64,000 nt of DNA. Origin: Candidatus Komeilibacteria bacterium. GTDB taxonomy: Bacteria; Patescibacteriota; Patescibacteriia; UBA1558; UBA10009. This document shows, in pieces, positions 47,568-56,995 of the stretch. Location of the stretch: assembly GCA_030688315.1 (NCBI GenBank), contig JAUYIT010000037.1, positions 3,348 to 67,347 on the forward strand, read 5' to 3'. The position numbers and the translations under genes were made by a program. Position 1 is the stretch's first letter, and each line of letters opens with the position of its first letter. The notes beneath the pieces were generated by a model. It searched no databases. It was not told the origin of the DNA and worked only from the letters and a program-made list of their open reading frames with translations.

Positions 47568-48620
47568 TTACTTGTTGAACAGGAAGTAGGTGGTGTCGCC
47601 GTCTTTCATTTCGTAATTCTTACCTTCGGTTTTAACCAAGCCGAGTTCTTTGGCCTTGGCTTCGCCGCCAGCTTCGATCAAATCATGCCAGTTAACTATT
47701 TCCGCCCGCACAAAGCCCTGTTCAAAATCGGTATGGATTACCCCGGCGGCTTGCGGCGCCAGAGTTCCCTTGGTGATGGTCCAAGCATGAGATTCGGTCG
47801 GTCCGGCCGTAAAAAAGGTAATCAAATTTAACAACTGATAAGATTTAACAATCAGCTTATCAAGTCCGGTTTGGGTTAAGCCGGTGGCTTCCAGATATTC
47901 CTTGATTTCTTCATCTGTTAAAGCGGCCAGCTCGGCTTCCAGTTTAGCGCAAATTTTTAACCGTCCATCGTCAGCGCCCATTTCATTTTCATCAACATTG
48001 TAAACATACATGACCGGTTTGGACGTCAGCAAATTTAATTCTTTGACGTAATGTTCATCTTCCTTATCAACTTTGATTCCATTGGCAAATTTTTCCTGTT
48101 CTAACAGCTGTTGCAATTCTTTTAAAATTTCAATATTTTTTGCCAATTCCTTAACCGCGGGGCCTTTGCTTTGTTTTTCCAAAGTGCTCAAGCGTTTGCT
48201 GACCGTATCCAAATCGGCCAAAATCAATTCCAGGTTGATGGTTTTAATATCATCAGCCGGATCAATTTTACCGGCCACGTGGATAATGTCGTCATTTTTA
48301 AAATCGCGCACCACTTCAATGATGGCATCCACCTCGCGGATGTGGGCTAAAAATTTATTGCCCAAGCCCTCACCCAACGAAGCGCCTTTAACCAAGCCGG
48401 CAATATCCACAAATTCAATGGTGGTGGCCACGGTTTTGGCGGAAGCGTAAAGTTTGGTTAGTTGCGTCAGCCGATCGTCAGGCACGGCCACCACGCCCAC
48501 ATTGGGTTCAATGGTGCAAAAAGGATAATTCTGACAGTCAACTTGTTTTTTGGTGATGGCGGTAAACAGGGTTGATTTGCCCACGTTGGGCAGGCCCACA
48601 ATACCGATGGAAAATGACAT
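47568..48620 (-). CDS. ychF: Ribosome-binding ATPase YchF
   Basis: G1 [17 protein letters not shown] domain at the C-terminus. Obg-family layout. Confidence 0.92.
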   Translation of the reverse strand: MSFSIGIVGLPNVGKSTLFTAITKKQVDCQNYPFCTIEPNVGVVAVPDDRLTQLTKLYASAKTVATTIEFVDIAGLVKGASLGEGLGNKFLAHIREVDAIIEVVRDFKNDDIIHVAGKIDPADDIKTINLELILADLDTVSKRLSTLEKQSKGPAVKELAKNIEILKELQQLLEQEKFANGIKVDKEDEHYVKELNLLTSKPVMYVYNVDENEMGADDGRLKICAKLEAELAALTDEEIKEYLEATGLTQTGLDKLIVKSYQLLNLITFFTAGPTESHAWTITKGTLAPQAAGVIHTDFEQGFVRAEIVNWHDLIEAGGEAKAKELGLVKTEGKNYEMKDGDTTYFLFNK

Positions 48621-48829
48621 AGTTTAATCAATAATTGAACATAGGATAACGGATTAGACCGTTTTTGTCCAGCTTGAATACAAAAAGAAAGAGCGCCTTC
48701 TAAGGACGAAACCTTAGATGACGCTCTTTCATAGAAATCTAATATTAGATTATCATTTCTATATTTTTTGTCAAGTGGATAATATAACATGTTGCCTTAA
48801 ATTGTTTTTACGGCTATAATTCCTGTCAT

Positions 48830-49402
48830 ATGATCAACAAAACATTTTTAGCTAAAATCAAAAAGGACTTGGAAACTTACCAGCAGGAACGCAATCAGAT
48901 TATTAACGCTTCGCGCGATATTTTGCAATCTTCAAAATCGGCGATTTTTGCCCTACACCGCGCAGACGCCAAAGAAGCGGCTAAATTATTAACCCAGGCC
49001 GAAGCGGTGATTGGTCGCCTGAACAAATCGTATAACAAAAACAACCGCCTCCGTTTTGAAGGCAGTTATAAAGCCAGTTTGGAAGAATACGTGGAAGCTA
49101 AAACGTTTTTTCAATTCATGCTCGGCAAGCCGCTGGATAAATTGCCCATCCAATCAATTGGGCCGGAAGAATATATTAACGGTATTACCGATCTGACCGG
49201 GGAGTTGGTCAGGCAGGCCGTGCTTAAAGCCACTAAGGGTCAGTATGAAGTTTTGGAAAGCTATCGGTCGTTCACCGAAGAGATTGTCGGTTTTATGCTG
49301 ACCTTGTATTTAACCGGTTCATGCCGTCAGAAATTTGATGACGCCAAGCGTAATTTAAAGCGCTTAGAGCAGATTATTTATGAAGTTAAGTTAAGAGGTT
49401 AA
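48830..49402 (+). CDS. Putative translin-family protein
   Basis: Alpha-helical 190 aa with translin-like blocks (EEYVEAKTFFQF ... ITDLTGELVRQAV). Assignment from memory of family motifs. Confidence 0.4.
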   Translation: MINKTFLAKIKKDLETYQQERNQIINASRDILQSSKSAIFALHRADAKEAAKLLTQAEAVIGRLNKSYNKNNRLRFEGSYKASLEEYVEAKTFFQFMLGKPLDKLPIQSIGPEEYINGITDLTGELVRQAVLKATKGQYEVLESYRSFTEEIVGFMLTLYLTGSCRQKFDDAKRNLKRLEQIIYEVKLRG

Positions 49403-49420
49403 TAACCATTTATTTTAGTT

Positions 49421-49445
49421 AAAGCCGGGCTAAACCCGGCTTTTT
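49421..49445 (+). terminator. Terminator after translin-like gene
   Basis: aaAGCCGGGctaaaCCCGGCTtttt. Confidence 0.65.
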
Positions 49446-49448
49446 AAG

Positions 49449-49477
49449 TTGACATTTTTTTGAAATTGCTTTATATA
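49449..49477 (+). promoter_or_regulatory. Promoter TTGACA-N17-TATATA
   Basis: gTTGACAtttttttgaaattgcttTATATAttt. Confidence 0.5.
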
Positions 49478-49520
49478 TTTATTTACTCGTACTTCGCTGT
49501 TGCTAAATATAGGAGGAACT

Positions 49521-50303
49521 ATGAGCACAGCAGTAAAAACTAAGCATGAAGTCACAGTTAAAGGCCGAACGTCTCATCATGGCGGCGGTAAATTTCCAAC
49601 TGGCGATCAATGGGCTGAATTCCATAGACAGGTAGAGGCCGGGCTATGGCCTCCCGAAAGAATGGACGAGGCCTTGATCATGGCCAGTCATCCGCCGTCG
49701 TTTGATCGGGCGCGACATCTGCTGGTTGATGAATTTTTGCCGGCTGAAGAAATTATCGGCGCTTTGAGCATGCTTTATGCCAAATCCGGGCTTGAAGAGC
49801 TTTCGTCCGCCTTTCCCGGCAAGGTCGTGGTTGACCGCTGCAAAGAGAGCAACTTAATCTTGGTGGCTGGTCCGCCGGAAGATTTGACTCTAGCAGATAT
49901 TGCCCGAAAGTTTCCCAACTTTCTAAATTCGCAAGACATCGCAAAGATTGCGAACGAGAAATTTTTCGGGCAAGAAGTGGTCAGGAAAGGTTGGCTCGCC
50001 ATTGGCAGAGGGCCTTTATTTCAATCCACTTTTAAACCTTTGCGTGAGCAGATCAATCTGCTGGGCAGAGGTTGGCGCGTGCCTAATGTGCCCGAAATTG
50101 TCTGGGCAACCCTGGCCTACCTGAATCTTCGGGGTCGTCAATTGCTGTCTGGCCAACGTGTCCGGTCCTCATCAGTTAACGCCAAAGGTCAGTATATCTG
50201 CGTGGGACCAATTTCCACCGATCTCAAACTGGGAATTTCATCGGATTTTCCTAACGAAAAGGCGTACGGTTATCTGGGCTTGGCGTATGCCTTGAGGTTT
50301 TAA
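49521..50303 (+). CDS. Hypothetical 260-aa protein, higher GC, strong SD
   Basis: AGGAGGaact-ATG. MSTAVKTKHEVTVKGRTSHHGGGKFPTGDQW... No recognised domain. Confidence 0.55.
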   Translation: MSTAVKTKHEVTVKGRTSHHGGGKFPTGDQWAEFHRQVEAGLWPPERMDEALIMASHPPSFDRARHLLVDEFLPAEEIIGALSMLYAKSGLEELSSAFPGKVVVDRCKESNLILVAGPPEDLTLADIARKFPNFLNSQDIAKIANEKFFGQEVVRKGWLAIGRGPLFQSTFKPLREQINLLGRGWRVPNVPEIVWATLAYLNLRGRQLLSGQRVRSSSVNAKGQYICVGPISTDLKLGISSDFPNEKAYGYLGLAYALRF

Positions 50304-50374
50304 CAAACCTTTCCCGCCGGTTAATACTGGCGGGATTTTTTTTATTTAATTTTTGTGTTAAAATATGTACTCAT

Positions 50375-52465
50375 ATGACCAAGACCTTTGTTTTACAAAA
50401 TGACGTTCCGGCTAAGGATTTTAAGGTTAATTACCAAAAAGAGCTGAATGATGAGCAGTTTAGAGCCGTAACCGAGGGCGAGGGCCCTTGTTTGGTTTTG
50501 GCCGGTGCCGGATCGGGCAAAACCCGGACGATTGTGTATCGCGTGGCCTATCTGATTGAACGCGGCGTTAACCCGGAAAATATTTTGTTAGTCACTTTTA
50601 CCAACAAGGCGGCTCATCAAATGCTGACCCGCGTGGAAGAGCTGTTGGGTTATTTTCCCAGCGGATTGTGGGGCGGCACGTTTCATCATATTGGCAACCG
50701 GATTTTACGCAAGTACGCTAAAGTTCTGGGCTTTGAATCAAACTTCACAATCTTAGACGAAGAAGATGCTAAGTCGCTTTTAAAAGTTTGTTTAAGGGAA
50801 GAAGATATTGATACCAAGTCCAAGCGGTTTCCTTCGCCGGCCGTGTTAAAGGAGCTGATCAGTTTTGGCAAAAATTCAGAAATAGCCTTGGAAGAAGTGA
50901 TTGATACGCGCCATCCCAAGTGGTTAAAAATCAGCGATACCATTGTTAAAATCGCCCGCCGGTACGAAGAAAAAAAGAGCTTGACCAACAGTATGGATTT
51001 TGATGATTTACTACTTAACTGGCTTAAATTGTTAAAACAGTTTCCGGAAACGCGGGATCGGTTAGGCGCCCAGTTTCAATATATTTTGGTTGATGAATAT
51101 CAAGATACCAATTATTTGCAGGCCGAAATAATCAAGGAGCTGGCCCAGGTTCATCATAATGTTTTAGTGGTGGGCGATGACGCGCAAAGCATTTATTCTT
51201 TCCGCGCGGCCGATATCGGCAACATTTTGAATTTCCCTAAAGTGTTTGAAGGGGCTAAGATTTTTAAATTGGAAAATAATTACCGCAGCTCGCCGGAAAT
51301 ATTGGACGTGGCTAACAGTGTGATTGAAAACAACCGCAATCAGTTTGCCAAAACCTTGCGGCCCATGTTGCCCGCCGCCGTTAAACCCAATTTGATTCCG
51401 GCTAACTCCGCCGCCCAAGAGGCCCAATTTATCGTGGCGCAAATTTTACAGTTAAAAACCGGCGGTTTGCCTTTAAATAAGATCGCCGTGTTATTCAGGG
51501 CCGCCTATCATTCCCAGGAATTGGAATTTGCCCTCACCAAACAGGATATTTTATACGAATACCGGGGCGGCGTGCGGTTTTTTGAACGCGCCCAAGTTAA
51601 AGACGCGCTGGCCTTTTTAAAAGTGATTAATAACCCGGCTGACGAAGTGGCCTGGTTAAGGATTTTAAATTTGCAGGCGGGCGTGGGCGAGGCTACGGCC
51701 AGCAAGATTTATCAGGTGGTTAAGGGTTATACCGATATTAAAGAAATTATCGCTTCTAATTTAGGGTCGGCGTTGGGCGCTAAAGCCGGCACGGGTTGGC
51801 AGGGCTTGATTGGTATTTTAAAAAAAGCCGTGAGCTCCCAAACCGGGCCGTTTGGTATTGCTGAAATGGTGCGGGCGCTGGCTAAATCCGATTATCGTAA
51901 TTATTTGGAAGCCGAGTACCCTAACTGGCAGGATCGTTTGGATGATTTGGAACAGCTGGCGGTTTTTTCCGAGCGCTACGAAGACCTGACGGTTTTTTTA
52001 TCGGAAATGAGTTTGCAGGAAAGTTTTGCTTTGGGTCAGGAGCGGCCTTCGGGGCATGATGATAACAGGATAGTTTTATCCACGATTCATCAGGCCAAGG
52101 GTTTGGAATGGCAAGCGGTATTTGTGATTAATTTAGTGGACACGGCTTTTCCCAACCAGCGGGCCATGAGTGAAGAGGGCGGTTTGGAAGAAGAGCGCCG
52201 GTTGTTTTACGTGGCCATTACCCGCGCCCAAAAACATTTGTATTTATCCTATCCGTTAATGGGCGGTTACAATTCGTTTAACTTAAATACGCCCTCCAAG
52301 TTTATAACGGAGATTGAAGAAGGGTTGTTGGAAGAAGTTAAATTGCTGGAAAAATTTCGTTCAAGCGGCTTTGCTTTGCCCAGTAATGGCGGTCAGAATA
52401 TTTGGCAGAGGAAGGATTTGAATGATGGTAATGTTAGTTATTTGCCGGATTTGGATTCTTTATAA
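50375..52465 (+). CDS. UvrD/PcrA/Rep-family ATP-dependent DNA helicase
   Basis: Walker A LVLAGAGSGKTRT, motifs II-VI (VDEYQDTN, VVGDDAQSIYSFRAA, LENNYRS, HQAKGLEW, VAITRAQ). Confidence 0.92.
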   Translation: MTKTFVLQNDVPAKDFKVNYQKELNDEQFRAVTEGEGPCLVLAGAGSGKTRTIVYRVAYLIERGVNPENILLVTFTNKAAHQMLTRVEELLGYFPSGLWGGTFHHIGNRILRKYAKVLGFESNFTILDEEDAKSLLKVCLREEDIDTKSKRFPSPAVLKELISFGKNSEIALEEVIDTRHPKWLKISDTIVKIARRYEEKKSLTNSMDFDDLLLNWLKLLKQFPETRDRLGAQFQYILVDEYQDTNYLQAEIIKELAQVHHNVLVVGDDAQSIYSFRAADIGNILNFPKVFEGAKIFKLENNYRSSPEILDVANSVIENNRNQFAKTLRPMLPAAVKPNLIPANSAAQEAQFIVAQILQLKTGGLPLNKIAVLFRAAYHSQELEFALTKQDILYEYRGGVRFFERAQVKDALAFLKVINNPADEVAWLRILNLQAGVGEATASKIYQVVKGYTDIKEIIASNLGSALGAKAGTGWQGLIGILKKAVSSQTGPFGIAEMVRALAKSDYRNYLEAEYPNWQDRLDDLEQLAVFSERYEDLTVFLSEMSLQESFALGQERPSGHDDNRIVLSTIHQAKGLEWQAVFVINLVDTAFPNQRAMSEEGGLEEERRLFYVAITRAQKHLYLSYPLMGGYNSFNLNTPSKFITEIEEGLLEEVKLLEKFRSSGFALPSNGGQNIWQRKDLNDGNVSYLPDLDSL

Positions 52466-52483
52466 GCGACGTAGAGCGAGGAA

Positions 52484-52511
52484 ATATGAAAATAAATTTT
52501 CATATTTCCGA
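52484..52511. terminator. AT-rich perfect hairpin immediately after the uvrD-like stop
   Basis: GGAAATATGAAAAT-aa-ATTTTCATATTTCC. Confidence 0.4.
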
Positions 52512-53040
52512 GCCGAGGAGCTTATATGTAATCATATAAAAAAAGCGGCCAGAGCGCTTGATGCAGTGCATGTAGCAAAGCAATAGCGTTCTGACCTAGA
52601 TTTTCTCCCTGTGATGGAGTTCTTGTTTCCGAGCGATTTCTCGCTACTCTGGGCTTCAAATCCTCCAAACATCGAATCTATCTGATTGCACCGCGGGCTC
52701 TAAAGCCAAAACCTGATAATCAGGACATTCATAGGCGATGTGCTTCCTTTCAGTTTAGACCGAGCGATTCAATCAAGCCACTGGTCAGTTGACTCAGCGG
52801 ATAGTTGAGGCGCGGATCCGGCGGACTTCATTGATCATTGATCGAGGTTGGCGTGGCTCCTGGAGCCTCGGGGCGGTGAGGTCATAATGATCTCTCCCTT
52901 GATTCAGTTTGTCAGCATAGGGCTGACGCCTTTTAGGTAACCCCCTTCGTGCGTATTATGATAACTTTAGCCAAATAATAGGAAAGTGTCAAAGGGAGGG
53001 TGTGGAAAAATATTCGGATTTAAGGTAAAATAGTAAGGCA
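52512..53040. ncRNA. ORF-free, locally GC-richer 530-bp segment with palindromes; candidate structured RNA or regulatory region
   Basis: No ORF of 60 aa or more on either strand. Palindromes TTATATGtaatCATATAA and GGCTCCtGGAGCC. No tmRNA, RNase P or SRP motifs recognised by eye. Confidence 0.2.
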
Positions 53041-53061
53041 TTTTTGTAACATTCTTAAAAT

Positions 53062-53421
53062 ATGAAAATTAACGCCACAGTCATTGAAGGTAAGGGGGAG
53101 GGCCGCCAGCTGGGCTTTCCTACAGCCAATATTAAAACTTCCATCGCTTTGCTATACAGCCCTGGCGTATATTTAGGCGAAACGTTTTATAATACCAAAC
53201 AATATCACTCTTTGGTGGTGATTGGTTTAGTGGATGGGCTGGAAGTTTGGTTGGCGGATTTTAACGGCGATTTGTACGGCCAGCAAATTAAAGTGGAGAT
53301 CAAGGAAAAGTTAAGCGAGGTGTTAAAAATCGGCGATCGCGAGCAATTAGTCGCCAAGATTCAACAAGATATTAAACAAGCTCAAGCCATATGGACGATG
53401 GCTCGACCAAGCTCGCCATAG
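53062..53421 (+). CDS. ribF: Riboflavin kinase domain protein (standalone RibF C-terminal-like)
   Basis: GRQLGFPTANI ... FNGDLYGQQIKVE match the flavokinase domain. Confidence 0.75.
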   Translation: MKINATVIEGKGEGRQLGFPTANIKTSIALLYSPGVYLGETFYNTKQYHSLVVIGLVDGLEVWLADFNGDLYGQQIKVEIKEKLSEVLKIGDREQLVAKIQQDIKQAQAIWTMARPSSP

Positions 53422-53450
53422 TCAGCTCAATACGTTAAGAAATAAAAATT

Positions 53451-54227
53451 ATGAATGATAAATTGGTTCTTGATTTGGAAACCAAAAAAAGTTTTGAAGA
53501 CGTGGGCGGATATCAAAACACCCATTTGCTTGAAGTTTCGGTCTGCGGCGTGTATTCATATAACCGCGACGAGTTCAGAGCATTTAAAGAAGATGAGTTT
53601 AAGGAAATGGGGGAATGGCTTAAGCAGGCCTCGTTAATCATCGGCTTTAATTCCAAAAGTTTTGATTTTACCGCTTTACAGCCGTATTACAAATTCAATT
53701 TAAGTAAACTGCCGCATTTGGATATTTTGGAAGAAGTGAACCGCGCCCTTGGCCACAGGTTAAAACTGGATTCCATCGCGCAAAGCACTTTGGGCGAAGG
53801 CAAATCCGGTTCCGGTCTTGATGCCATTTGGTATTTTAGAAACAACGATTGGGATAAGCTGATCAAATACTGTTTGGACGACGTACGAATTACCCGCGAT
53901 GTTTATGAATACGGCAAAAAGCACGGCAACCTGTGGTACGATACCATGGGCAAAAAGGAAAAAATTCCCGTGCGTTGGGGCGATGGCGAAAACGTGGCCA
54001 GTAAAATTACCAACGCTTTAAAAAACGGCGAGCAGGTGGAAATTGAATATTTAAAAACCGATCTGGAAGAGCGCGGTAAAAGGCGGATTGATATTAAATC
54101 CATCAAAGGCAACCAATTGCAGGCCTATTGCCACTTAAAGCAGGCGATTCGGGTTTTTAATCTGGATAAGGTGATTGATGTGCAGGTGGTGGGCCGGCAA
54201 AACCATTGGCAGACAAAACTCTTTTAG
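53451..54227 (+). CDS. RNase H-like 3'-5' exonuclease domain fused to a C-terminal WYL domain
   Basis: N-terminus LVLDLETKK...IGFNSKSFDFTAL...DAIWYF...YCLDDVRITRDVYEYG (DEDD/YprB-like). C-terminus VEIEYLKTDLEERGKRRIDIKSIKGNQLQAYCHLKQAIRVFNLDKVIDVQVV fits the WYL consensus. Confidence 0.65.
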   Translation: MNDKLVLDLETKKSFEDVGGYQNTHLLEVSVCGVYSYNRDEFRAFKEDEFKEMGEWLKQASLIIGFNSKSFDFTALQPYYKFNLSKLPHLDILEEVNRALGHRLKLDSIAQSTLGEGKSGSGLDAIWYFRNNDWDKLIKYCLDDVRITRDVYEYGKKHGNLWYDTMGKKEKIPVRWGDGENVASKITNALKNGEQVEIEYLKTDLEERGKRRIDIKSIKGNQLQAYCHLKQAIRVFNLDKVIDVQVVGRQNHWQTKLF

Positions 54228-54267
54228 GACACTGATTTCACGGATTTTTTATTTAAATTACACTGAT

Positions 54268-54660
54268 ATGAAAAAAATCTTAATTATTTCATTGGTGTTA
54301 TTTTTGACGGGCTGTACTGTGGAAAGGCCGCGGCCGCCATTGGATTTATCTAAAATAAATTGGGAGCTGGAGGCCTTTTTAGCCCAGCAGGAGGCGGCTG
54401 TGGTTTACCAAGCGGCCGCCACTGCCAGCCAGAATTTTGTCGATGGCCCATGTTTGAGCGAGTCCTTATTTGGCAATTCGGAGTATCCGGAAACCCTGTG
54501 GGTGTTGGACATTGCCCACAACCCTCGGACGGAAGTTGATAATCAACCGGCTAATCAATGTTCGGCTTCTCGTGATGGTAAAGCCCAGAATTACATTGAA
54601 CTGGATGAGCAAGGGCAGATTATAAAAGTTTATTCGCCATTTTTACAGGAGGCCGATTAA
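54268..54660 (+). CDS. Hypothetical lipoprotein
   Basis: Signal peptide MKKILIISLVLFLTGC with lipobox L-T-G-C. Confidence 0.6.
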   Translation: MKKILIISLVLFLTGCTVERPRPPLDLSKINWELEAFLAQQEAAVVYQAAATASQNFVDGPCLSESLFGNSEYPETLWVLDIAHNPRTEVDNQPANQCSASRDGKAQNYIELDEQGQIIKVYSPFLQEAD

Positions 54661-54663
54661 GTT

Positions 54664-54975
54664 ATGATTTTGATTTACGTTAGTTGTAAAAATAAAACCG
54701 AGGCCAAAAAAATCGCCGGTGTTTTGTTAAAACTCAAGCTGATTGCCTGCGCCAACTGGTGGCCAACCGAGTCCATTTACCGTTGGAAAAATAAGATCGT
54801 CAACACCCATGAAACGGCCATGTATTTAAAAACCAGAAAGGAAAATTATCAAAAAGTCGAGGCCGTTGTTAAAAAACTTCATTCCTATCAAACACCCTGT
54901 ATTTTTGAGATAGATGTTGATAAAGTCAACCTTAAATTTAAGGCCTGGGTGCGGCAGGAAACCAGATTGATCTAA
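54664..54975 (+). CDS. cutA: Divalent-cation tolerance protein CutA
   Basis: 103 aa with CutA1-family layout (ILIYVSCKNKTEAKKIAGVLLKLKLIACANW...). Confidence 0.7.
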   Translation: MILIYVSCKNKTEAKKIAGVLLKLKLIACANWWPTESIYRWKNKIVNTHETAMYLKTRKENYQKVEAVVKKLHSYQTPCIFEIDVDKVNLKFKAWVRQETRLI

Positions 54976-55021
54976 AAAAAATCTCGAACCAAGGTTCGAG
55001 AAGTGCCGTTAAGAGGGTTGG

Positions 55022-55411
55022 TCACGCTTTTTCCCACGTGATTTCGTGGATTAACGCTCCCGACAAAACTAGTAGAATTGACTTAGCGGTGAGAGGCGAA
55101 AAATCACGGCTTGTTTCGTAATTGATGTAACCGTATTGATTTACGGTTACAATCCTAAGGCCATTATCCTTACCAAAGATGGCAAAAACTAATTGTTTTT
55201 CTGGATTTATGCCCAAAAACATCGCTTTGTGAACCAAAGGGCACTCCAGCTCAAAACCATCATTAGGATTATCCTCCAAATTTTTAGAGTAAACGATTAA
55301 CCCACTTAATTCCTCAAGGCGCTTAAACAAGAAGCCAAACACTTGTTTAAAATTGACATCGACTATGTCATAGTCCTTGCCATTCCCGTTTTTGACCGGA
55401 ACTGTATTCAT
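55022..55411 (-). CDS. Hypothetical 129-aa protein
   Basis: ORF with typical local composition. No recognised motif. Confidence 0.45.
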   Translation of the reverse strand: MNTVPVKNGNGKDYDIVDVNFKQVFGFLFKRLEELSGLIVYSKNLEDNPNDGFELECPLVHKAMFLGINPEKQLVFAIFGKDNGLRIVTVNQYGYINYETSRDFSPLTAKSILLVLSGALIHEITWEKA

Positions 55412-55482
55412 TTTTTCCTCCAGTAAAATGTTGCGGAACTGATTTATTCTAGCAGAATCAAATTTTTTTGCAAATAATCAAA

Positions 55483-55632
55483 AAGGCCTTGCTTTATTAC
55501 CGTCATTCTGGAGCCCCCGAAGGGGCGCGGCAATCCCGTTGTACTTGGTATAACATCGGGATTGCGGAGCCTGTCCCGAGCGTAGCGAGGGATCCCGCTC
55601 CTCGCAATGACCGTTAAAGGCAAGGCCTTTTT
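55483..55632. repeat. REP/MITE-like element, copy 5 (inverted orientation)
   Basis: aaaaGGCCTTGCtttattaccGTCATTctggagcccccgaaggggcgcGGCAATCCCGttgtacttggtataacatCGGGATTGCggagcctgtcccgagcgtagcgagggatcccgCTCCTCGCAATGACcgttaaaGGCAAGGCCttttt. Confidence 0.85.
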
Positions 55633-55641
55633 AGGTTTCAA

Positions 55642-56946
55642 TTAAACGTATTTCAGATCGGGGTACAGCGGATATTTGGAGGTCATTTCCAGAACCGCTT
55701 TTTTAATTTCATCTTTGACTGTTTCGTTTTTGGTATTTTTGAGGGTTTTGGCGATCAACTGACCGATCATGGTCATTTCATCTTCCTTAAATCCTCTCGT
55801 GGTTAAGGCCGGAGTTCCTAGTCGCACACCGGAAGGATCAAAAGGTTTTCGCTTATCAAACGGAATGGTGTTTTTGTTAGCCGTAATGCCGATTTCTTCC
55901 AAAGCCAGTTCGGCTTCTTTACCGCCAATACCTAAGTTGGTTAAATCAATAATCATTAAATGATTATCAGTACCTCCGGTAGCTAAATTCAAACCCTCGT
56001 TCATTAAGGAAGCGGCTAAGGCCTTAGAGTTGTTCAAAATCTGTTGAGCGTAAATTTTAAAGTCCGGCTGTAGAGCTTCTCCCAAAGCCACGGCAATGGC
56101 CATGGTGGTGTGGTTATGCGGGCCACCCTGCAAACCGGGGAAAATGGCGCGGTCAATCAAAGTTGGTAAGTTTTCTCTCATCGGCTCGTCTTCGGTTAAT
56201 GGTTTTAAGGGATGAGAAGTTTTGCCGTTGCACATAATCATGGCGCCGCGCGGGCCTCGTAATGATTTATGAGTCGTAGTGGTGATAATATCCGCGTGTC
56301 CGACAGGTGTAGGAATCACCCGCGCGGCCATTAAACCGCATTCATGGGCAATGTCGGCGATAAAGTAACCGTCAACGCTATGCACAATTTCCGCAATCCT
56401 TTTGTAATCAAACAAGCGGGGATAGGCCGTGGCACCGCAGAATAAAACCCTAGGCCTTTCCTGCTTAACCAGTTTTTCCAATTCATCATAATCCAAAATA
56501 CCATCAGGACCGGTTTGGTATTGCACGGCGTTATAATACACGCCGGAAAAATTAACCTTCCAACCGTGGGTCAAGTGGCCGCCAAACAATAAACTCATGC
56601 CCATTACTTTGTCGCCGGGTTTGCAAACGGAAAAAATGGCTGCTTGGTTGGCCGGAGAGCCGGAGTAGGGCTGAACGTTGGCGTGATCCACGCCAAACAG
56701 CTGTTTGGCCCGGTCGCGGGCTAGGTTTTCAATCTGATCAATATATTGATTGCCGCCGTAATATCTTTGGCCAGGGTAACCCTCGGAGTATTTGTTGGTG
56801 CCTACGCCGCCCAGGGCTTCTAAAACCGCCTCGGAAACAAAGTTTTCCGATGGGATCATTTCCAGGGTGGTGCGCTGGCGTTCCAGCTCGGATTGGTAAA
56901 ATTTGGCCAGTTCAGGGTCTTGTTGAAAAATTTTCATGAATTTCAA
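55642..56946 (-). CDS. glyA: Serine hydroxymethyltransferase
   Basis: PLP-binding TTTTHKSLRGPRG and full-length SHMT similarity. Confidence 0.95.
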   Translation of the reverse strand: MKFMKIFQQDPELAKFYQSELERQRTTLEMIPSENFVSEAVLEALGGVGTNKYSEGYPGQRYYGGNQYIDQIENLARDRAKQLFGVDHANVQPYSGSPANQAAIFSVCKPGDKVMGMSLLFGGHLTHGWKVNFSGVYYNAVQYQTGPDGILDYDELEKLVKQERPRVLFCGATAYPRLFDYKRIAEIVHSVDGYFIADIAHECGLMAARVIPTPVGHADIITTTTHKSLRGPRGAMIMCNGKTSHPLKPLTEDEPMRENLPTLIDRAIFPGLQGGPHNHTTMAIAVALGEALQPDFKIYAQQILNNSKALAASLMNEGLNLATGGTDNHLMIIDLTNLGIGGKEAELALEEIGITANKNTIPFDKRKPFDPSGVRLGTPALTTRGFKEDEMTMIGQLIAKTLKNTKNETVKDEIKKAVLEMTSKYPLYPDLKYV

Positions 56947-56995
56947 AATAAATAATTATGCTGCTATTTTAACATATTTTGCAGTTTAGGCAAGG

